This document shows positions 27,583 through 35,906 of a stretch of 64,000 bases of DNA, in pieces. The notes under the pieces were generated by a model. That model searched no databases. It was not told the origin of the DNA and saw only the letters and a list, made by a program, of their open reading frames with translations. Positions within the stretch are counted from its first letter, which is position 1; each line of letters starts with the position of its first letter. A program made the position numbers and the translations under genes. This DNA comes from an uncultured cyanobacterium (GTDB lineage: Bacteria > Cyanobacteriota > Cyanobacteriia > Cyanobacteriales > Nostocaceae), in the NCBI GenBank assembly GCA_963706595.1, contig OY970166.1, forward strand, positions 3,584,001 to 3,648,000, given 5' to 3'.

Positions 27583-29709
27583 ATGGTACAAGAAGATTCC
27601 TTAAAGTTTAGTATTCAAGAAATTGGTGCAACTTCTCAGCATTTAAAAACTGTCATTAACTTAGGTAATGCTAATTCAGAAACCCTTGGCTTTTTACCCT
27701 ATGGAGCTTTTGAAAGACTAGCGGACGAAGGTCGTATTATTGGTTTTATTGTTCCAGAATTAGGTTGTGTGGGATATCTGCTTTATGGTATTAGTCGTCG
27801 TAATTACAGAGTAAAACTTACCCATCTTTGTGTAGATAAAAATTGGCAAAAAAGAGGAATAGCCAAAAAATTACTCCAGTATTTAAAAAATAAAACTCAA
27901 CATTTATACGGTATTCTTTTATCATGCCGTCGTGATTATAATTTAGATGGAATGTGGGCAGCACTTGGTTTTGTAGCTCCTCATGAAAGACCAGGAAAAA
28001 GCAAAGAAGGCAGTATTTTAACTGAGTGGTGGTTAGATTATGGTCATCATAGTTTACTCACTAATCTTGCCTATCAAGAAACTGAATCTAGATTATGTGT
28101 TGCTATTGATGCTAATATTTTCTTTGATTTAGTAGATGATGAAAAGTTTGATGAGGAAGGAAAAGAATCTAAAGTTCTAATTTCTGATTGGCTAGATTCA
28201 GAAATAAAATTATGTTTAACTGACGAAATTTTAAATGAAATTAACAGAAATCCAGACAGTAGAAAAAGAGAAAAATTACGTACAGCAAGAAGTCATTTTA
28301 CAAACCTTCCTTCCACCCAAAAAGAATTTGATAAACTATGCCAAACTATACGTAGATTTTTTCCTGAAAAGATGACTCCTAGTGATGAATCAGATTTACG
28401 TCAAATCGCTAGAGTTATTAGCTCTCAAATTAATACTCCTTACTTTGTTACTAGAGATAAACGTTTATTAGGTATTGAAGAAGAGATTTATCAAGAATTT
28501 AATTTGACCATTATTCATCCCATTGATTTAATTATTAAATTAGATCAATTACGTAGAGAAAATGAATATCAACCAGAGCTTTTAGGTGGAACTAATATCA
28601 AAGAAAAGCGCATTCAGAGTAAAGAGATAGATTCAATAATTGACCTCTTTTTATGTTATTCTCAGGGTGAAAAAAAACCAGACTTTAGAAAAAATATTCG
28701 CAGTTTAGTTTCAAATACTAAACAAATTAAAGGTTTTACAGTTAGTCAAAATGAAGAATTTATAGCTCTGATAATCTATGATAGATCAGAAGATAGAGAG
28801 TTAAATATTCCGGTTTTTCGATTCAGAAATACTAAAATTACTCCTACTCTTTTACGGAGGTGTATTTTTGAATGTTTCTCAACTGCTGCTAGTGAAAATA
28901 GAGAATTCACCAGAATTACTGAAATATACTTGGATGATACAACCGTTAAAGCACTGTCTGAAGATGGTTTTTTAAAGACTAAATCTGGATGGTTAAGAGC
29001 TAATTTAGCTATTTCAGAAAATGCAGTAGATATTTCTTCGTATATTACTAACTTGTGTAAAAAATCACCTAAAGATTATGACAAATATCTTCCATTTGCA
29101 GATATTTTATTAAATCAAGATTTACTTCAAAAACCAGAAATCATGGCAGATATTGAGAGAATGCTTTATCCTGCCAAAATTACTGATGCTGAAATTCCTA
29201 CTTATATTATTCCTATTAAATCACGTTGGGCTAAAGAATTATTTGATAAAGAATTAGCAGAAGAAGGAATATGGAGAGCTAAAGAACAATTAGCACTGAG
29301 ACGTGAGGTTGTTTACTACTCTTCAAAGCGAAAAATGAAATATCCAGGAAGAATTTTATGGTATGTTACTCCATCTCCTGACGATAAAAATAGTTCTGCT
29401 ATTCTAGGAGCTATTAGAGCTTGTTCTAGACTAGATGAAGTAACAATTGGTAAACCCAAAGATTTATATAAAAAATTTAGAAGATTAGGCATTTACAGTT
29501 TTCAAGATGTTTTAAAAGCTGCTAATAACGATTTAGACAAGGAAATCAAAGCTGTTAAATTTAGTGATACTGAGTTATTTGAAAATCCTATAAAATTTGC
29601 AGAAATAAAAATAATACTAAATCGATCTATTCAACTTCAAAGTTCTATAGAAATTTCTCCAGAAGAATTTAAAATGTTATATAATAGAGGAAATTCAATG
29701 TCTATATAA
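27583..29709 (+). CDS. GNAT acetyltransferase - PIN nuclease - PUA/EVE-like multidomain protein
   Basis: GNAT motif A LCVDKNWQKRGIAKKLL; PIN acidic residues in IDANIFFDL, EILNE, DESD and FVTRDKRL; C-terminal IIPIK..WAKELF...ILWYV region is PUA-like (inferred). Confidence 0.82.
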   Translation: MVQEDSLKFSIQEIGATSQHLKTVINLGNANSETLGFLPYGAFERLADEGRIIGFIVPELGCVGYLLYGISRRNYRVKLTHLCVDKNWQKRGIAKKLLQYLKNKTQHLYGILLSCRRDYNLDGMWAALGFVAPHERPGKSKEGSILTEWWLDYGHHSLLTNLAYQETESRLCVAIDANIFFDLVDDEKFDEEGKESKVLISDWLDSEIKLCLTDEILNEINRNPDSRKREKLRTARSHFTNLPSTQKEFDKLCQTIRRFFPEKMTPSDESDLRQIARVISSQINTPYFVTRDKRLLGIEEEIYQEFNLTIIHPIDLIIKLDQLRRENEYQPELLGGTNIKEKRIQSKEIDSIIDLFLCYSQGEKKPDFRKNIRSLVSNTKQIKGFTVSQNEEFIALIIYDRSEDRELNIPVFRFRNTKITPTLLRRCIFECFSTAASENREFTRITEIYLDDTTVKALSEDGFLKTKSGWLRANLAISENAVDISSYITNLCKKSPKDYDKYLPFADILLNQDLLQKPEIMADIERMLYPAKITDAEIPTYIIPIKSRWAKELFDKELAEEGIWRAKEQLALRREVVYYSSKRKMKYPGRILWYVTPSPDDKNSSAILGAIRACSRLDEVTIGKPKDLYKKFRRLGIYSFQDVLKAANNDLDKEIKAVKFSDTELFENPIKFAEIKIILNRSIQLQSSIEISPEEFKMLYNRGNSMSI

Positions 29710-29716
29710 AATAAAA

Positions 29717-30220
29717 ATGAGTCTCATGTCTCCAAATGTACTTTTAATATCTATTCACTATGAATACGCTAATATGATATTTGAGGGTAATAAACAAGTT
29801 GAGTTTAGGCGTGTTAGACCTCGACATCTAAGTGAAGGTGATCTAATTCTTGTTTATGCAACATCTCCTGAAAAAGCATTGTTGGGAGTGCTTGAAGTAG
29901 AAGAAGTTGTGGAAATGTCTCCTAATAAGCTTTGGAATATTGTTAAAGATAAAGCTGGTATTAACCAAGAAACCTTTCAAAAATACTACAAAAATTCACA
30001 AATTGCTTTTGCTATTTTCTTTAAAAACCCGTTCAGTTTTGATTCACCAATTACAATTGAAAAACTAAGAGAAGAGTGGAAAGATTTTCGACCACCACAG
30101 TGTTATCATTATTTAAAAGATAGAGAGATAAATTTTATCAAATCAATGACAAAATATGATATTCTAGCATTATCTAATAAGTTTAGAGGTTATCAAACTG
30201 AACTATTGCCTCAAGTTTAA
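29717..30220 (+). CDS. ASCH domain protein
   Basis: LISI...YANMIFEGNKQVEFRR (GxKxxExR), GDLILVYATSP, PPQ; starts 7 bp after the upstream stop. Confidence 0.88.
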   Translation: MSLMSPNVLLISIHYEYANMIFEGNKQVEFRRVRPRHLSEGDLILVYATSPEKALLGVLEVEEVVEMSPNKLWNIVKDKAGINQETFQKYYKNSQIAFAIFFKNPFSFDSPITIEKLREEWKDFRPPQCYHYLKDREINFIKSMTKYDILALSNKFRGYQTELLPQV

Positions 30221-30308
30221 AAGATAAATATATATATTTTTATATATTACTTTTTGTTTTAGTGTAAATCTATTATACTAATATGTAAACTCGTATCCCT
30301 TAAATAGT

Positions 30309-31112
30309 ATGAGTGAAACCCTGGCTGATATTGCTATACCACCGCAGTTTCCTGATCATACTCAACTACCAGAGTCTGATGGTACGTTTGTGTTAGCGAA
30401 GCGTACCGTAGGTCAGAACTTTCAAGAACATCCCCAAAGCATAATTATCACAGACTCAATAATTCAAACTTTACAAAAGTTACATCCCGATGGACAATTT
30501 TGTATAGGTCAAGATTGTGGGATTTATTGGCGCGAAACAGAACCACCAGAAAAAGGTACAGTAGCACCAGATTGGTTTTATGTCCCTGATGTCGCACCAA
30601 GATTAGAAGGTAAAATTCGCCGTTCTTATGTATTATGGCGGGAATATATTCCCCCATTAATTGCGATAGAATTAGCCAGTGGTAATGGTGATGAAGAACG
30701 AGACAAAACACCTTTACCTTTAGCTGGTAATCGTGAAGGTGCAAAACCTGGGAAATTTTGGGTATACGAAAGAGTGATCCGCATTCCCTACTATGCTATT
30801 TATGAAATTAATAATGAGAAATTAGAAGTTTATCACTTGGTAGATTTTTCCTACCAAAAAATGCAGCCCAACGAACGTGGACATTACCCAATTCCCCCTT
30901 TAGGTGTAGAATTAGGACTATGGCAAGGAAGTTATTTAAATAATCCTGAGCAACTTTGGCTGCGCTGGTGGGATTTAGATGGTAATTTATTATTAGTCGG
31001 TAAAGAAGAAGCCCAATTACAAAGACTCAGGGCTGAACAAGCAGAACACAAAGCAGCACAATTAGCAGCACGATTGCGAGAAATGGGTATTGATCCAGAT
31101 ACAATAGATTAA
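30309..31112 (+). CDS. Uma2 family (DUF820) endonuclease-fold protein
   Basis: PDHTQLPESDG, APDWFYVP, PLIAIELAS, GKFWVYE...IPYY, AARLREMGIDP tail. Confidence 0.92.
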   Translation: MSETLADIAIPPQFPDHTQLPESDGTFVLAKRTVGQNFQEHPQSIIITDSIIQTLQKLHPDGQFCIGQDCGIYWRETEPPEKGTVAPDWFYVPDVAPRLEGKIRRSYVLWREYIPPLIAIELASGNGDEERDKTPLPLAGNREGAKPGKFWVYERVIRIPYYAIYEINNEKLEVYHLVDFSYQKMQPNERGHYPIPPLGVELGLWQGSYLNNPEQLWLRWWDLDGNLLLVGKEEAQLQRLRAEQAEHKAAQLAARLREMGIDPDTID

Positions 31113-31138
31113 GAAATTTTTCTCGCAAAGTAAGAAAT

Positions 31139-31657
31139 ATGCAAAGGGTTATTTTGTCAAGGGAGTTACAGGTTAATTGGGTGAGTTTTATTGCTGATTT
31201 CCTGTTGGTGGGGATGGTTTTTGGTCCTCCTATTGCTCCTTTTTTGGCTGCGTCTGATGTGTCTTTGCTGAGTAGGATTGCGGACATTATTTATTTCATG
31301 GGTAATCATGTCTGTCCGCAACCTGATATGGGTTTGGATTTAGCACCCCCGTTTATTATGGCTGTTTGTATGCGTTGCTATGGTACTGTTTCGGGGTTGC
31401 TATTTACTCGGTTTTTATATGGGGTAACTGGTGGTAAGGGTTTTTACTGGTTAAGTCAATATGGTTGGAATGGTGCGGCTTTGGCTAGTGTGTTGATGAT
31501 GGCTTATCCTTTGGAATTGGCTGCTCAGGTTTTTGGTTTGTGGGATTTTAATAATTATTTGGTGACACCTTTTGGGTTAATTACGGGTTTGGCTTGGGGT
31601 TTATTTACTATGCCGATTTTTCATCAGTCGCAGCATAATCATTTTTATAAAATTTAA
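31139..31657 (+). CDS. DUF2085-like membrane protein
   Basis: HVCPQ and VCMRCYG motifs with multiple TM helices. Confidence 0.8.
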   Translation: MQRVILSRELQVNWVSFIADFLLVGMVFGPPIAPFLAASDVSLLSRIADIIYFMGNHVCPQPDMGLDLAPPFIMAVCMRCYGTVSGLLFTRFLYGVTGGKGFYWLSQYGWNGAALASVLMMAYPLELAAQVFGLWDFNNYLVTPFGLITGLAWGLFTMPIFHQSQHNHFYKI

Positions 31658-31958
31658 TATGAATAATCAAACGCCGATAAACGCGGATAAATCCAGATTT
31701 TTAATTGTTTGGCTTGGTTTTCATATCATCTATTCTTAGCCTAACTGTATTTTCCTAAACTTTGGCTTTAATAGTAATCTTACGCAAAAAACTCTCATGA
31801 CTCTGCGTCCTCTGTGCCTCTGTGGTTAATTAACTCCTGACTTAAGCGTAATTACTGATACAGATTATCCTCTTCTCTGGGTAAACTAAAAGAGAAACTA
31901 ATACATTTGTATTATCAGGCTTGTAGCTGACCACAGTTAACTCAGAGGGGTGTACCAG

Positions 31959-33806
31959 ATGATTAATACCAGTTACGACTTTGACCAAGCTATCCTACCT
32001 ACAGGTTCTTCATTAAAAACAAATATTTTGCTGCGTTTTCGGGCTGATATTGCAGAATCTCCCCGACGTAACCTGAATCTTTCTTTGGTAATTGACCGTT
32101 CCGGCTCTATGGCGGGTGGTGCTTTGCATCACGCACTTAAAGCGGCTGAGTCTGTGGTGGATCAACTGGAATCAAATGATATTCTCTCAGTGGTGGTTTA
32201 CGATGATGAAGTGAATACCGTTATTTCACCTCAACCGGTAACTGACAAGTCAGAACTGAAAAAATCCATTCGCAAAGTCAGAGCCGGCGGTATTACTAAC
32301 TTATCAGGGGGTTGGCTCAAAGGTTGCGAATATGTCAAAGCGCAACTTGATTCCCAAAAAATCAACCGTGTGCTTTTACTTACCGATGGTCACGCCAATA
32401 TGGGCATTATAGACCCCAAAATACTGACGGCGACATCAGCAAAAAAAGCTGAGGAAGGTATCACTACAACTACATTAGGTTTTGCTCAAGGTTTCAATGA
32501 AGATTTGTTAATTGGTATGGCGAGAGCAGCCAATGGTAATTTCTATTTTATTCAAAGCATTGACGATGCAACGGAAGTTTTTAGCATTGAGTTAGACAGT
32601 CTCAGAGCCGTGGTAGGTCAAAATCTGACAGTAACTCTGGAATTAGCTGATGGTGTTAGCCTCGTAGATACTTTGAGTTTATCTACAGTTAGTCACAACG
32701 AAGCTGGTCAAGCTGTGATTAGTTTGGGCGAACTTTACGAAGGGGAAGATAAACTTTTGGGGTTGAGTCTGGATATCTCCTCAGCACCAGTTGGTAATTT
32801 ACCTGTAATGAAGCTGCATTACAGCGCTGATGTTGTCCAAGATAACGTGATTCAAAGTGTGTCAGGTACAGCCGATGTCTTCGCTAAAGTTGGTACTATT
32901 GAGGAAGCTGCGGCTGCGTCTTCTAGTGGTGTTATCCTGGAACTGAGTCGCCTGACTATTGCTAAAGCTAAAGAAATTGCCCTTGATTTAGCTGAACATG
33001 GCAGACATGAAGAAGCTGAACAAACTCTGCGGGTATTAGTGAAAGACCTTCAGGATAAAGGTTTAAATGAGAATTTTGAAATTGCGGAAGAGATAGATCA
33101 GCTAGAGTATTTCGCTGGTAGAATTGCTCAAAAAGCTTTGGGTAATGCTGGACGTAAAGAAATGCGAGACCAAAGTTACCAGACAATGACGCGCAATCGC
33201 AGCGATTTAGCGGGACGTGGTGTGACTGCTGGCGATGAAGTCTATGCAATTCCGGTGGTGAATGAAGTCGGTTCTGGGGTGGAACTGCAATGTATTCGGG
33301 AAGGTGGTAAATTGCGGGTTAAAGTTGTCTCTGAGGGTTACGATACTAGTAAAAATGTCCAGTTTCCGCGAGCAATACGGGCTGAAGGCGCACGTTATAT
33401 TGTAGAAGGTTTGGAACTTTCTAGCGATCGCACTTTCTACCGTGTCCAGGGAGACATTACTCGTTTTGCTCAAGCAGGTGTCGCAGATACTTTTGTTGAC
33501 CGTAGAACTACGCAACGAGTTAGCACAGGTAAAGCTTCCAAAGGTCCCGCTAGTGCTGCTGACTTGGAAACAACTGACACTATAGACAATCAGGTTTTAG
33601 TGCAGTGTGTCAAAGATGGTGGTAAACTCAGAGCCAGGGTGGTTTCTGATGGTTATGAACCGGATTGGAATATGCGCTTTCCTCGTTCGGTACGGGAAGA
33701 AGGAATGCTTTACGTTGTTGATGAAGTGAAGACAGCGCCTGATGGTAAGTCTTATATTGCTTGTGGGGATATTAAGCGGTTTGTCCAACCTACGATTAAT
33801 AATTAA
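31959..33806 (+). CDS. vWA (MIDAS) domain protein with tandem-duplicated C-terminal domain
   Basis: DRSGS, GITNL and LLTDG MIDAS residues; two copies of C..EGGKLR..VVS.GY....N..FPR..R.EG..Y.V. ATG 31959 or GTG 31950. Confidence 0.9.
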   Translation: MINTSYDFDQAILPTGSSLKTNILLRFRADIAESPRRNLNLSLVIDRSGSMAGGALHHALKAAESVVDQLESNDILSVVVYDDEVNTVISPQPVTDKSELKKSIRKVRAGGITNLSGGWLKGCEYVKAQLDSQKINRVLLLTDGHANMGIIDPKILTATSAKKAEEGITTTTLGFAQGFNEDLLIGMARAANGNFYFIQSIDDATEVFSIELDSLRAVVGQNLTVTLELADGVSLVDTLSLSTVSHNEAGQAVISLGELYEGEDKLLGLSLDISSAPVGNLPVMKLHYSADVVQDNVIQSVSGTADVFAKVGTIEEAAAASSSGVILELSRLTIAKAKEIALDLAEHGRHEEAEQTLRVLVKDLQDKGLNENFEIAEEIDQLEYFAGRIAQKALGNAGRKEMRDQSYQTMTRNRSDLAGRGVTAGDEVYAIPVVNEVGSGVELQCIREGGKLRVKVVSEGYDTSKNVQFPRAIRAEGARYIVEGLELSSDRTFYRVQGDITRFAQAGVADTFVDRRTTQRVSTGKASKGPASAADLETTDTIDNQVLVQCVKDGGKLRARVVSDGYEPDWNMRFPRSVREEGMLYVVDEVKTAPDGKSYIACGDIKRFVQPTINN

Positions 33807-33875
33807 AAATTAAAGCGTTGCATAAATGCGAGATGATTTTATGCAATGCTTAATTACGAATTACGAATTACGAAT

Positions 33876-33981
33876 TATAGCGGTTATCAGTTAAGTGAGA
33901 TACAAGAACCCCACCCCCAACCCCCTCCCCGCAAGCGAGGAGGAGGCTATGATGTACTTCATTGAAGTGGATACCGCTATA
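33876..33981. mobile_element. MITE-like element inserted in an (AATTACG)n array
   Basis: TATAGCGGT/ACCGCTATA ends with TA duplication; heptamer array resumes in phase on both sides; partial second copy at 44171-44245. Confidence 0.72.
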
Positions 33982-33995
33982 CGAATTACGAATTA

Positions 33996-34694
33996 TTAGA
34001 CTTCAATTAATGGATGATAGTCGTCTGGGTTAGTGAAACCTGCTATCCAGGCGGCTGCTTGATGACAATTTCTGATATGAGGGGGAACGCGTAAAATATG
34101 AATGTGTCCTGTGGATGGACAGGTGACTTTTAAAACGATGAATGGTTCGTCATCTTCAAAGGGAATGTAAATCAGTTGACGTTCTCCACCTGCATCTTGA
34201 TCGCGATCGCGCACCAAACCCCCCACTTGCTGCAATAATGTTTCATATCCCAAACGCTCAATCAAGACACGGCGTAACTCAACATTCTCAATATTAAGAA
34301 TATCTTGTCCTGTAATCGAGTCTGATGCAAAAGCAATGTCATCTGTTACCCGGACTCCTCGCCAGCGTAGAATAAAACCATGTCCCGCAGGTAAACTGGT
34401 AATTCCACTTCCAGCTAATTCAATTCCATGAGTGACGTGTAAACCTGGGGGAAGGGTGGTTAAGTTTATACAGTCGCTAATATCGAGACTTTCACAAGTG
34501 AGATTTTCCGGTAAATTGTAAATATCCGATGCGCTGCTTAAATTCAAATTACCCAAGACACGCATCCCATCCCAGGCGCGATGTGCCAAAATGAGTTTTC
34601 TAGCAGTTTCAGGCGATACAGGCTCATGTCTGGCTTGGGAGGGCTGTTTAACGGGCTTTTTGGGGATACGCCCCTTTGACATCATATTCAGCAT
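33996..34694 (-). CDS. DUF6745-like domain protein with short LRR-like N-terminal region
   Basis: LP.NL...LDIS.C.NL..LP.GL repeats; NVELRRVLIERLGY, VTCPSTG..HILRVPP, AAAWIAG. Confidence 0.78.
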   Translation of the reverse strand: MLNMMSKGRIPKKPVKQPSQARHEPVSPETARKLILAHRAWDGMRVLGNLNLSSASDIYNLPENLTCESLDISDCINLTTLPPGLHVTHGIELAGSGITSLPAGHGFILRWRGVRVTDDIAFASDSITGQDILNIENVELRRVLIERLGYETLLQQVGGLVRDRDQDAGGERQLIYIPFEDDEPFIVLKVTCPSTGHIHILRVPPHIRNCHQAAAWIAGFTNPDDYHPLIEV

Positions 34695-34993
34695 TAGTCC
34701 TCTACCTCTACATAAGCATCAGGACGGTATTCCCGTTGTTTCCAAACTCGATAAAACCCTTGGGGTAATTCAATGGCGCGATGTTCTTCATGTATTAAGG
34801 TTGCACTGGATGCTTTGACTTCTAAAAAAAGTTCACTACCATCTACCCACAATTGTACTGCTTGGGTTTGCTGAATGCGGTGGCTATGTCCGGTAACTTC
34901 ACCGTGTGCGAGAGTCGCACCTGTACGCTTCTGCACACCTGCGGGTAAAGCCGGAATTTTGCTGATGAGAACGTCGCCATGTCTGTAAAGCAT
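34694..34993 (-). CDS. Small His-rich protein, partner of the DUF6745-like gene
   Basis: YRHGDV, LAHGEVTGHSH, HEEH..I.LP.G.Y.V..QREY; its stop overlaps the next ORF start. Confidence 0.8.
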   Translation of the reverse strand: MLYRHGDVLISKIPALPAGVQKRTGATLAHGEVTGHSHRIQQTQAVQLWVDGSELFLEVKASSATLIHEEHRAIELPQGFYRVWKQREYRPDAYVEVED

Positions 34994-35115
34994 ATCAGTT
35001 TGGGGTTTATTTCACGCAGAGGCGCAGAGAGTTGGAGAGTTTGCTTGACATTACATTTATACTCGCTTAATTTTAAACAAACTAACCTAAATTAACTACG
35101 TAAAAGTCTGTAATT

Positions 35116-35856
35116 ATGAATAATCCAGATTTTTTTAATGATCAACTTCTCGAAAAATTCATTGAAACATTTTATGGCTACGGTAATTTGCAAGGAAAGT
35201 ATTGGTTTATCGGAATGGAAGAATCAGGAGGAGACTTTAAAGAGATTGAAAACAGAATCAATATATGGAGTCAGAGAGGACAAAAGGAAATAGAAGATGT
35301 TGCAGAATATCATATAGCTCTCGGATATGGGGAAAGTTTTCAACCAGGTGCAAAATTACAACCAACTTGGAAGAAATTAATTCGCATTGTATTAAGTGCC
35401 AAAAAAAATGAAAATATTAATACAGAAGATGTTCGTACATATCAAATAAATGAATTAGGTAGAATAGGTAAAGAAACTTGTTTATTAGAATTACTGCCTT
35501 TACCTTCACCCTCTCTCAATCATTAGATATATAAGGATCATACTCAGCTAAGTTATTTAACCGACAGAAATCAGTATGAAAAGCATTGTCTAGAAAACCG
35601 CATCAATACAATTAGTGAGAAAATCAAAGAACATCAACCTAAAGCAGTTGTGTTTTATGGAACTGGATATGAATATTTTTGGAGAAAAATCACACAACAA
35701 ATAACAAACGTTGAATTTTTACTAACTTCAGAAGGTTTCTTAACCTGTAGAAACAGTCAAACCATATTTGTGATATCTCAACATCCTGTAGCTTGGGGTT
35801 CAACAAATGAATACTTCCATAAAATTGGTAAATTTCTTGCTACTAACCCAGCCTAA
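35116..35856 (+). pseudogene. UDG-fold-like protein gene interrupted by an in-frame TAG at 35524-35526
   Basis: The two track ORFs share one frame and 35527-35649 is open; probable TGG>TAG. WFIGMEE and SQHP resemble UDG-superfamily motifs. Confidence 0.72.
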
Positions 35857-35906
35857 AATCCCAAACTTCTCTTCCTTTGCGACTTTGCGCCTTTGCGCGA
35901 AATAAA

